46,349 nt of DNA from contig CAYSBE010000001.1 of the NCBI GenBank assembly GCA_964429245.1, forward strand, positions 1 to 46,349. The letters are read 5' to 3'. Under the pieces are notes generated by a model, which was not told the DNA's origin, did no database searches, and saw nothing but the letters and a program-made list of their open reading frames with translations. This document shows, piece by piece, positions 30,357 to 38,193 of this stretch (its first letter is position 1; each line of letters opens with the position of its first letter). Origin of the DNA: an uncultured Bifidobacteriaceae bacterium. GTDB lineage: Bacteria; Bacteroidota; Bacteroidia; UKL13-3. Both the position numbers and the translations under genes were made by a program.

Positions 30357-30794
30357 ATGAAAACAGCCGAAATCCACACCAATAAAGGTGTTATGAAAAT
30401 CGAATTTTTCGAGAAGGATGCTCCTAAAACCGTAGAAAATTTTTGTACACTTGCTCAAAATGGTTTCTATAATGGCCTGACTTTTCACCGTGTAATACCT
30501 GATTTTGTGATTCAAGGCGGCTGTCCAAATGGTATTGGAAATGGCGGTCCCGGCTACACCATACCTTGTGAATTGGATGGTGATAACCAACGACATGACA
30601 AAGGAATCCTCTCTATGGCACATGCTGGAAGAAATACAGGAGGATCTCAATTCTTTATTTGCCACAACCGAATGAATACCCAGCATCTGGACAGAAACCA
30701 TACTTGCTTTGGAAAAGTTGTTGAAGGGTTAGATATCATTGATCAAATACGCCAAGGCGATATAATGGAAAAAGTAATTATTAATGAAGCTTAA
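30357..30794 (+). CDS. Cyclophilin-type peptidyl-prolyl cis-trans isomerase
   Basis: 145 aa with the motifs [32 protein letters not shown] and [10 protein letters not shown]. Confidence 0.93.
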   Translation: MKTAEIHTNKGVMKIEFFEKDAPKTVENFCTLAQNGFYNGLTFHRVIPDFVIQGGCPNGIGNGGPGYTIPCELDGDNQRHDKGILSMAHAGRNTGGSQFFICHNRMNTQHLDRNHTCFGKVVEGLDIIDQIRQGDIMEKVIINEA

Positions 30795-30865
30795 TTTACA
30801 AATTGAATTTTTCAGTAATATACCAAACATTATTAGCTGCTTATAAACTCAACGTCTGATATAAT

Positions 30866-32134
30866 ATGCTACAACTACAATATTTACGTGAACATACCGA
30901 AGAAGCCAAAACACGAATAAGTAAAAGAAACCCTTCTTTTATAAAGGTGATAAATGAGGTGCTCGATTTGGATGAACAAACACGTGCGGCTAGGCTACAG
31001 ATGGAAACCAATCAATCAGAAGCAAATAAACTTGCCAAACAGATTGGAGAGCTAATGAAAAGTGGAAACAAAGAAGACGCTGAATTACTAAAATCAAAAA
31101 CGGCAACTTTAAAGGCAGATTCCAAATCACTGGAAGAAAAGGTAAAGAATTTGGAAGAGGAGTTGTTTAACAAACTTGTAACCCTACCAAATACGCCACA
31201 CACAAGCGTTCCTGAAGGAAAAACACCCGAGGAGAATATAATTGTTTATCAATCATCTGAACCGCCTGTAATGCCGGAAGGTGCATTGCCCCATTGGGAA
31301 CTTATTAGTAAGTACAACCTAATTGATTTTGAACTTGGCACCAAAATTACTGGTGCCGGTTTCCCTGTTTATAGAGGCAAAGGAGCCAGACTCCAACGTG
31401 GTTTAATCAATTTCTTTTTGGATGAAGCCATGAAAGCAGGTTATGAAGAAATTGTACCACCATTTCTAGTAAATGCAGACAGCGGGTTTGGCACCGGACA
31501 ATTACCAGACAAAGAAGGGCAAATGTACCATGCACAAACAGATGACTTATACCTAATTCCAACTGCTGAAGTTCCCATAACCAATATTTACCGAGACGTA
31601 ATTCTTAAAGAAGAAGATTTGCCCATAAAGAATGTGGGATACTCACCATGTTTTAGAAGAGAAGCGGGCAGTTGGGGTGCACACGTACGCGGATTGAATC
31701 GATTGCATCAATTTGAGAAAGTAGAAATCGTGCAGATTGCTACTGCTGAGCAATCCTATGCAATACTTGAAGAAATGGTGAAACACGTGCAAGGTCTTTT
31801 AGAAAAACTGGAATTGCCTTACCGCATTTTGAGGTTATGTGGCGGTGATATGGGTTTTACCTCCGCACTTACATATGACTTTGAAACGTATAGTGCTGCG
31901 CAACAACGTTGGCTTGAAGTGAGTTCAACTTCTAACTTCGAAAGTTTCCAAGCCAACAGATTAAAATGCCGATACAAGAACAAAGAAGGAAAAAACCAAT
32001 TGGCACATACTTTAAATGGCAGTGCACTTGCACTTCCACGCATAGTGGCAACCCTATTGGAGAATAACCAAACACCTGATGGCATCAACATTCCTAAAGC
32101 TTTGGTACCTTATCTTGGTTTTGAAAAGATTTGA
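30866..32134 (+). CDS. serS: Serine--tRNA ligase
   Basis: 422 aa. An N-terminal coiled-coil arm is followed by class II motifs (FRREAGSWG, GLNRLHQFEKVE, LNGSALALPR). Confidence 0.97.
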   Translation: MLQLQYLREHTEEAKTRISKRNPSFIKVINEVLDLDEQTRAARLQMETNQSEANKLAKQIGELMKSGNKEDAELLKSKTATLKADSKSLEEKVKNLEEELFNKLVTLPNTPHTSVPEGKTPEENIIVYQSSEPPVMPEGALPHWELISKYNLIDFELGTKITGAGFPVYRGKGARLQRGLINFFLDEAMKAGYEEIVPPFLVNADSGFGTGQLPDKEGQMYHAQTDDLYLIPTAEVPITNIYRDVILKEEDLPIKNVGYSPCFRREAGSWGAHVRGLNRLHQFEKVEIVQIATAEQSYAILEEMVKHVQGLLEKLELPYRILRLCGGDMGFTSALTYDFETYSAAQQRWLEVSSTSNFESFQANRLKCRYKNKEGKNQLAHTLNGSALALPRIVATLLENNQTPDGINIPKALVPYLGFEKI

Positions 32135-32153
32135 TAAGTAAATCCACGTTTCA

Positions 32154-32197
32154 TAAAAAATCCCCGTAACCATTTAAGTCTACAGGGATTTTTTTTA
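32154..32197. terminator. Bidirectional terminator between convergent serS and folE
   Basis: An A-run is followed by AATCCCCGTA-N12-TACAGGGATT (one mismatch) and then a T-run. Confidence 0.6.
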
Positions 32198-32211
32198 TAT
32201 CAAAGTACTTA

Positions 32212-32907
32212 CTATTTATTATCCATCAGAATATATTTTAGTAATTCTTCACGTGTTTCTACGTTTTTAAATTTGCCTGAATACTCAGCAGTAATGGTAT
32301 TACTTGTTACGTCTTTCACTCCACGTGATGCCACACAAAGGTGATCCGCTTCAATTATAACAGCTACATCATCTGTATTTAAGGCTTCTTTCAGCTCATT
32401 TACAATCTGAATGGTCATGCGCTCTTGCACCTGAGGGCGTTGCGCATAATATTGAACAATACGATTTAATTTTGATAAGCCTACTACCCTACCATTTGGT
32501 ATGTAAGAAACGTGAGCTTTACCGATAATTGGCACAAAATGGTGTTCACATGTACTGTGGAAACTAATGTTTTTCTCAACCAACATGTTATTATATTGGT
32601 ATTTATTCTCAAATAATTTTGCCTTGGGCTTATTTGCCGGATTTAGTCCTGAAAAGATTTCTTTCACATACATTTTCGCTACCCGGTGCGGAGTACCTTT
32701 AAGGCTATCATCATTTAAATCTAAACCTAATATGAGCATTATTTCTTTAAAATGTTTCTCAATCAGTTCAATTTTTAATTCATCATCTAATTCAAAGGCA
32801 TCATCCCTAAGGGGTGTGTCTAAAGAGAAAAGACCATGACTCTCCCCTGCTTCAAGATATGCGTGTTTAATTTCCGCTGTACTCAACGAAGTTTCTTTCG
32901 GTTTCAT
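32212..32907 (-). CDS. folE: GTP cyclohydrolase I
   Basis: 231 aa with the motifs GTPHRVAKMY, CEHHFVPI and QVQERMT. The start overlaps the queD stop by 41 nt. Confidence 0.95.
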   Translation of the reverse strand: MKPKETSLSTAEIKHAYLEAGESHGLFSLDTPLRDDAFELDDELKIELIEKHFKEIMLILGLDLNDDSLKGTPHRVAKMYVKEIFSGLNPANKPKAKLFENKYQYNNMLVEKNISFHSTCEHHFVPIIGKAHVSYIPNGRVVGLSKLNRIVQYYAQRPQVQERMTIQIVNELKEALNTDDVAVIIEADHLCVASRGVKDVTSNTITAEYSGKFKNVETREELLKYILMDNK

Positions 32908-33277
32908 ATAGTATTACTTTTAATTTATTTGATTCATCGATTTGTTTACGTAGCAATCTCCAAATGACTACTGCTATTAATTCTGCAGTTGGATTTAAGT
33001 CTTTAAACTCTTTGGTATCTAGATTGAGGTTTTTATGATCAAACCGTTCAATTATTTCTTTATCTATTATATCCTTTAGCACTTTCATATCCATAAAATA
33101 ACCACTTACAGGGTCAACATTTCCAGTCACGGAAACAATTAAGTCGTAATTATGACCATGAAAATTTTTATTGTTACATAAGCCAAAGAATTGCTCATTT
33201 TTTTCGTCAGTCCAAGATTGAACATGCAACCTATGTGCAGCATTAAAGTGAGCTCTTCTAGATACGGTTACTTCCAT
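32867..33277 (-). CDS. queD: 6-carboxy-5,6,7,8-tetrahydropterin synthase (6-pyruvoyl-tetrahydropterin synthase family)
   Basis: 136 aa with the motifs RRAHFNAAHRL and CNNKNFHGHNY, which match the PTPS/QueD catalytic motifs. Confidence 0.9.
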   Translation of the reverse strand: MEVTVSRRAHFNAAHRLHVQSWTDEKNEQFFGLCNNKNFHGHNYDLIVSVTGNVDPVSGYFMDMKVLKDIIDKEIIERFDHKNLNLDTKEFKDLNPTAELIAVVIWRLLRKQIDESNKLKVILYETERNFVEYSGN

Positions 33278-33299
33278 TATTTTAATTATACTGTAAATA

Positions 33300-33307
33300 C
33301 AAAGGTA
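33300..33307 (-). promoter_or_regulatory. Possible -7 box for queD-folE
   Basis: The minus strand reads TACCTTTG (TAnnTTTG), with its last base 22 nt before the queD ATG. No matching -33 TTG was seen. Confidence 0.2.
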
Positions 33308-33459
33308 GGTCTATTCATTAAATAGATTTTATACTTAACTGATGTCATCTGTTTATTGTTTTAAATTAGCTGCATCTTGTTAAACATTTACTCATTTTTA
33401 ATGAACAAGATTTAGTAAATACAATATATATAAGGTAAATATTATCCAATAAACATGCA

Positions 33460-33526
33460 GTAATAAATATTTATTATTGACGCTCAGCACATTATGTTTT
33501 GTTTAACCTTTTGTAATAAATATTTA
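33460..33526. repeat. Two exact 14-nt copies of GTAATAAATATTTA, each containing the 10-bp palindrome TAAATATTTA
   Basis: Copy A is at 33460-33473 and copy B at 33513-33526, giving 53 bp start to start. A degenerate third copy, TAAATATTA, lies at 33435-33443. All sit in the intergenic region upstream of the orphan ECF sigma gene. Confidence 0.6.
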
Positions 33527-33559
33527 ACAATAAATAGAGCCAGAGTTCAACTATTGCTG

Positions 33560-33567
33560 TACATTTG
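33560..33567 (+). promoter_or_regulatory. Possible -7 box for the orphan ECF sigma gene
   Basis: TACATTTG matches TAnnTTTG, with its last base 30 nt upstream of ATG 33598. No good -33 TTG is present at the consensus spacing. Confidence 0.25.
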
Positions 33568-33597
33568 TTTAACAATTCAATAAAATATTTAAACAAT

Positions 33598-34128
33598 ATG
33601 ACAGCAATAGAATTCAAATCAAAAGTACAAGTTGAGGCAAAATCACTGCGTCAGTATGCATATCAGCTAACACGCAATGTGGAAGACACCAATGATCTTG
33701 TTCAAGACACCATGTTAAAAGCTATGACTTACCAAGACAAATTTACGGATGGTACGAATTTGAAAGGTTGGTTATATACGATAATGAAAAATACATTCAT
33801 TAATAATTACCGCAGGATGGTTAAAAGAAATACATTTATTGACCAAACGGATAATGATTATTATTTGGATTCTCCATCACATGCAGTTAGAAATGATGCA
33901 GATATAAAATTTATAATGAAAGATATTGAATCTGCCATTGAAGAATTGCCTGTAAGCCTAAAAAAGCCGTTTACCATGAACTTTAAAGGTTTTAAATACC
34001 ACGAAATTGCTGAAATATTAAATATTCCAATTGGCACAGTAAAAACCCGCATTTTTGTGGCCCGCAGGCAATTACGCGAACAATTGAACCACTATGGGAA
34101 AATGTACGGTATGGAAAATGCCATGTAA
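33598..34128 (+). CDS. ECF-type RNA polymerase sigma factor with no adjacent anti-sigma gene
   Basis: The start is taken at ATG 33598 (MTAIEFKSK). Region 2 reads DLVQDTMLKAMTYQDKF...LKGWLYTIMKNTFINNYRR. Region 4 reads YHEIAEILNIPIGTVKTRIFVARRQL. A strong terminator follows. Confidence 0.85.
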   Translation: MTAIEFKSKVQVEAKSLRQYAYQLTRNVEDTNDLVQDTMLKAMTYQDKFTDGTNLKGWLYTIMKNTFINNYRRMVKRNTFIDQTDNDYYLDSPSHAVRNDADIKFIMKDIESAIEELPVSLKKPFTMNFKGFKYHEIAEILNIPIGTVKTRIFVARRQLREQLNHYGKMYGMENAM

Positions 34129-34151
34129 TTTTAACAATATTTTATATCTTG

Positions 34152-34178
34152 AACGCCTGAATTATTCAGGCGTTTTTT
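34152..34178 (+). terminator. Rho-independent terminator after the ECF sigma gene
   Basis: AACGCCTGAA-TTA-TTCAGGCGTT forms a 10-bp perfect stem and is followed by TTTTT. Confidence 0.8.
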
Positions 34179-34196
34179 GTTTATATACATACCCAT

Positions 34197-35063
34197 ATGA
34201 AAAAAATCTTATCACTGCTGCCGTTTCTATTTATGTTGCTTCACTTTTCAGCTAAGGCTCAATTTGGCTATGTAAAAAAAGAAGACGTAGATAAAATTAA
34301 AGATTCGCGACTTGTGGTCATATTATTTAATGACAGTGCTTATAATGCATCAGTATTAAAGGCAGTTGAACGTTACTGGAAATTTACCGGATCATATTTG
34401 GTTGCTTACGATACCTCTGCGATATTAAAAGAGTACAATAAGAAAAATGATTACACTTATTTGGTGTTCAGTAAAGGCAAAGCTTCTTCAAAAATTAAAA
34501 TTCGTGCATGCCTTTCGGAAGAAGATATGAATGGATTGGTTTTGACTAGAAAATTTAAAAAGAAAATACTTCCTGATAATGCCTTGGCATATTCATTTTG
34601 CAGCAACCGTATTGACAGCCCTGATTGGTATCCGGAAATTGTAAGGGCATTGCAACTTATGAATAACTATCTTGACATAACTGCAACCGCAGCGAGCGAC
34701 AAAGAAATAAGTATGGGTGCTCTAGCTTCAAACTACCCAACAAACAAAAGCCTGATGAGTGGCAAAACGCTATATGTACAAAAAGAGCAAGTAGGACTTA
34801 AAGGAAAAGAAGATGGAGCCCAAATTTGGGGCGATTCGTATGAAGAAATTGATGAGATAGAAGATTTGTATAAATTAATTTTAAATCAGGCTGATGATGC
34901 GGTATATTTTTTCTCTTCAAAGGATGATAAATTTTGCAACAAGCTATTTATTATAGCTAATGGCAATGAATTGATGTATTTCACTTCCACCAGTAGCACT
35001 GATGATTGCAAATGCACAGCAAAAGACATCAAAAATTTACGTGCTTTAAGGGACAAACAATAA
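34197..35063 (+). CDS. Secreted hypothetical protein (288 aa)
   Basis: The signal peptide is MKKILSLLPFLFMLLHFSAKAQ. No motif was recognised. The last 34 codons are repeated as a fragment at 37644-37748. Confidence 0.65.
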   Translation: MKKILSLLPFLFMLLHFSAKAQFGYVKKEDVDKIKDSRLVVILFNDSAYNASVLKAVERYWKFTGSYLVAYDTSAILKEYNKKNDYTYLVFSKGKASSKIKIRACLSEEDMNGLVLTRKFKKKILPDNALAYSFCSNRIDSPDWYPEIVRALQLMNNYLDITATAASDKEISMGALASNYPTNKSLMSGKTLYVQKEQVGLKGKEDGAQIWGDSYEEIDEIEDLYKLILNQADDAVYFFSSKDDKFCNKLFIIANGNELMYFTSTSSTDDCKCTAKDIKNLRALRDKQ

Positions 35064-35508
35064 CCAATCAGTCTTTGGTTTATTGAATGATTAGTTTTTT
35101 GGTTTGTTTATACCCCTCGCCTACTGCTTCAATAAAATATACGCCAGACTGCAATTCGCTGATATCAATTGTTGTTTCGGCTACATAGCGATTAATAGTT
35201 ACTCGCTTTATTAACCTTCCTGTTTGGTCATAAATGAATACGTTGCCATTTTCAGGAATATTCAAGTGCTTTAAAACAACTTCATTTTGTGCAGGATTTG
35301 GATAAAGTACAAACCTATCTGAACGCAGTGTTTCAGATAATGCTGAACTGTTAAGCGGTATCGAGCCATAAAATTGAAAACCTCCTGCAATATTCCCAAT
35401 AAGCATATCGGGCTTGTTATCGCCATCCATTAGTCCTATACACACTGCTGAAAAACGTCCATGTCTTTTCTCAACCGGATTTAGTCCGTTGCTAAAATCA
35501 ACAAATAC
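34963..35508. repeat. Copy 1 of a 546-bp block identical by eye to 37648-38193
   Basis: A base-by-base comparison by eye found no mismatch. The block covers the last 101 bp of the 288-aa gene, the 16-bp spacer, and the last 143 codons plus stop of the FG-GAP gene. Confidence 0.9.
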
Positions 35509-37437
35509 ATTCCCTAAATAGTTAAAAGTTTTATTATAAACAGTATCTATTCCAGAATAAATATTTACATAACCCTTATAGGTTCCAACAATAAGCTCTG
35601 GAATAGAATCGCCATCAATATCAAAAAAGCTTGGCACAGCATATCCCGATTGCTCACAAAATGTATCGTTAAATGTTGTAGGGAAACAATAATTACCATA
35701 AATATTTCCAAATGAATCGATACTTGGTTGCGCTTCAAATAGAGCAAGACCAGGATTACCTTTATTAATATACAGTTTTAAAATTCCATTTCTATTTCCA
35801 ACTACCAGATCTAGGTCGCCATCCTTATCTAAATCAGAAAATGCCGGAGCCGAAAATGCGCCTACATCTAAGGTGCTAACTGCAGAACTTGATTGCAGTG
35901 TAAACGATACGGTGCTTCCTGTGCCTGTATTTTCGTACATCAATAATTCACCGTTTTCCATTCCTAGTATGATATCTTTTTTTCCATCTCCATTCAAATC
36001 TGCAGCAGTGGGTATAATATGAATCATTGGCCCATTAGCACTAATGTTCAAAAAGTTAGAATCTTGCAAAGTAAACACACTGCGCCCGGTAACGGGATCG
36101 GGTGTATTGGTAAAGAGTACAAGCCTGTCATTAATATTAAAAGTCATATCATAACTGCCGCTTGTTGCCACCAAAAGGTCTTCATCTCCATCACTGTCAA
36201 TATCAATCAAAACCGGTGCTGCCCTAGAACCTAAATCTATTGTGGTATTGTATAGCCAGAAATCGTTGCCTTGATAGTTAAACTGCGGAGCAGTGTTCGT
36301 TCCGTTATTATTATACACCCATACGTTGTCAAAACTTTTAGCTGTCAGTCGGTCATTGGTTGTAACCAATAATTCCTTTTTATCGTCACCCGTAATATCT
36401 ACATAATATGCAGCCGGAAATTGAATAAAACGCGCTGGCACAGTATTGGATGGGAACAATGTATCTTGTGATATAATTGAATCGCGACCAATAGAATTTT
36501 TTGAATTTATAAGAAGAATTAGATTGTTATAAGCTGCATCTCCGAATACAAAGTCCATTACTCCATCCCCATTATAATCGATTGACATCATTGTAGACTC
36601 TGCGTGCTTACGTTTTTTTTCATACATCTGCCAAAAGCAAGCCCCTAATTGGTCTTTACCCAAACCTAACTTAAATTCATTCTTTTGTGAAGTAGCATTG
36701 TATTGTATATAGCCATAACACTGATCTCTAAATATGTATCTAGTGCTATCAATTTTATATTGAATATTATACTTATTCTTTAAAAAGTTCTCGTAATAGT
36801 AAGGGCTTAAGTCTGCACCTACAAAATTAACAATATCATCATCACCATCATTGTCTAAGTCTGCTATTGCTGGTATATCAGTATTATTTATCGATAAAGG
36901 ATATGGTCTTATATTAACTCCAAATTCTTTATTAAATCCTCCTGTATCATAAACAGCATTATTTATCTGCTCAAAATTTAGACCTAATGTTGTATTACTT
37001 TTATTTCTGAATATGCGAAGTGTGCTGGTATTCACATCTGGTGTATCTGTTGGTAAAAATCTTAAATCTTGAGACACCTCAGTAAATATATCTAATTTTC
37101 CATCTCCATCAAAATCACGTAATAACGCCCAATCACTCATGAATGGAAACCGGCCCGAGTAATTTGGTGCATATATATATCCAATATCAGTATAAAGATA
37201 TACAGCAGAACGATTTGAAATTCTATCAAAAACAAACAAATCCTGTTTACCATCCCCATCTATATCAATATTAGAAAACTGTGGAGCATTAAATCCTCCA
37301 GAAAAGGGATTCAAGAGAGAATCGGTTGCGTTTTTCATGAAACGTGCACCATTACTTGCATAAAATTTGATATTTTGTGCTTGCACACATATGCATGTTG
37401 ATACAATAAGTAGTATTAATAGACGTAATCTTTTCAT
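35080..37437 (-). CDS. FG-GAP/VCBS-repeat (beta-propeller) secreted protein with a T9SS C-terminal sorting domain, paralog 1
   Basis: 785 aa. The signal peptide is MKRLRLLILLIVSTCICVQAQ. About ten DxDxDG-type repeats are present (DIDGDGKQDLFVFD, DFDGDGKLDIF, DLDNDGDDDIV, DIDSDGDEDLLVA, DLNGDGKKDIILG, DLDKDGDLDLVVGN, and others). The CTD reads FVLYPNPAQNEVVLK...GVYFIEAVGEGYKQTKKLIIQ. Confidence 0.85.
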   Translation of the reverse strand: MKRLRLLILLIVSTCICVQAQNIKFYASNGARFMKNATDSLLNPFSGGFNAPQFSNIDIDGDGKQDLFVFDRISNRSAVYLYTDIGYIYAPNYSGRFPFMSDWALLRDFDGDGKLDIFTEVSQDLRFLPTDTPDVNTSTLRIFRNKSNTTLGLNFEQINNAVYDTGGFNKEFGVNIRPYPLSINNTDIPAIADLDNDGDDDIVNFVGADLSPYYYENFLKNKYNIQYKIDSTRYIFRDQCYGYIQYNATSQKNEFKLGLGKDQLGACFWQMYEKKRKHAESTMMSIDYNGDGVMDFVFGDAAYNNLILLINSKNSIGRDSIISQDTLFPSNTVPARFIQFPAAYYVDITGDDKKELLVTTNDRLTAKSFDNVWVYNNNGTNTAPQFNYQGNDFWLYNTTIDLGSRAAPVLIDIDSDGDEDLLVATSGSYDMTFNINDRLVLFTNTPDPVTGRSVFTLQDSNFLNISANGPMIHIIPTAADLNGDGKKDIILGMENGELLMYENTGTGSTVSFTLQSSSAVSTLDVGAFSAPAFSDLDKDGDLDLVVGNRNGILKLYINKGNPGLALFEAQPSIDSFGNIYGNYCFPTTFNDTFCEQSGYAVPSFFDIDGDSIPELIVGTYKGYVNIYSGIDTVYNKTFNYLGNVFVDFSNGLNPVEKRHGRFSAVCIGLMDGDNKPDMLIGNIAGGFQFYGSIPLNSSALSETLRSDRFVLYPNPAQNEVVLKHLNIPENGNVFIYDQTGRLIKRVTINRYVAETTIDISELQSGVYFIEAVGEGYKQTKKLIIQ

Positions 37438-37457
37438 AGATTTTCATGTTTATAATA

Positions 37458-37465
37458 CGAATATA
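37458..37465 (-). promoter_or_regulatory. Possible -7-like box of paralog 1, conserved in paralog 2
   Basis: The minus strand reads TATATTCG, one mismatch from TAnnTTTG, inside the shared CATATATTCGTA leader element. Its last base lies 20 nt before the ATG. The identical box is found at 40143-40150. Confidence 0.2.
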
Positions 37466-37573
37466 TGATTTTGTGTCAAGTCATTTTCGTATCTCTGATA
37501 TTTATAAAGCAATAACTACTTCAGATTCTTTTATATGTTTTTGTAAAGTCTGATAGTAAATCCATGCTGTTAA

Positions 37574-37596
37574 AATGAAATTTGTTATATTTCATT
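37574..37596. other. AT-rich hairpin between the two FG-GAP paralogs
   Basis: AATGAAAT-TTGTTAT-ATTTCATT forms an 8-bp all-A/T/G stem with a 7-nt loop. It is weak and could at most be a leaky terminator after paralog 2. Confidence 0.2.
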
Positions 37597-37643
37597 AAAC
37601 ATGAATAAAGCATTCCTATTGCTATACATAATTTATTTTGGCC

Positions 37644-37748
37644 AATAGCAATGAATTGATGTATTTCACTTCCACCAGTAGCACTGATGATTGCAAATGC
37701 ACAGCAAAAGACATCAAAAATTTACGTGCTTTAAGGGACAAACAATAA
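37644..37748 (+). pseudogene. Stranded 3' fragment (34 codons plus stop) of the 288-aa secreted-protein gene
   Basis: The fragment reads NSNELMYFTSTSSTDDCKCTAKDIKNLRALRDKQ*, against ...NGNELMYF...RDKQ* at 34959-35063. It is identical to the parent from 37648 onward. An in-frame TAA at 37629-37631 closes the frame upstream, and no N-terminal part of the gene is present. Confidence 0.75.
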
Positions 37749-38193
37749 CCAATCAGTCTTTGGTTTATTGAATGATTAGTTTTTTGGTTTGTTTATACCC
37801 CTCGCCTACTGCTTCAATAAAATATACGCCAGACTGCAATTCGCTGATATCAATTGTTGTTTCGGCTACATAGCGATTAATAGTTACTCGCTTTATTAAC
37901 CTTCCTGTTTGGTCATAAATGAATACGTTGCCATTTTCAGGAATATTCAAGTGCTTTAAAACAACTTCATTTTGTGCAGGATTTGGATAAAGTACAAACC
38001 TATCTGAACGCAGTGTTTCAGATAATGCTGAACTGTTAAGCGGTATCGAGCCATAAAATTGAAAACCTCCTGCAATATTCCCAATAAGCATATCGGGCTT
38101 GTTATCGCCATCCATTAGTCCTATACACACTGCTGAAAAACGTCCATGTCTTTTCTCAACCGGATTTAGTCCGTTGCTAAAATCAACAAATAC
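37648..38193. repeat. Copy 2 of the 546-bp identical block (matches 34963-35508, offset 2685 bp)
   Basis: See copy 1. Identity stops abruptly after ...AATCAACAAATAC. Confidence 0.9.

Noticed and set aside
30229-30357. A 43-codon N-terminal extension of the antiporter ORF
   Set aside because: It would run through the divergent promoter region as far as the first base (30357) of the cyclophilin start codon. MAHLPQLMTDLALIL is a typical CPA2 first helix.
33565-33597. A TTG-initiated 11-codon extension of the orphan ECF sigma ORF
   Set aside because: The TTG sits inside the TACATTTG promoter-like box. ATG 33598 gives a normal sigma-factor N-terminus.
36613-36620. A T8 tract (A8 in the gene sense, codons EKKRK) inside FG-GAP paralog 1, considered as a possible phase-variation slippage site
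   Set aside because: Homopolymers of 7-9 A/T occur repeatedly in ordinary genes of this AT-rich window, for example near 14471, 21609, 24423 and 26454. Nothing marks this one as special.
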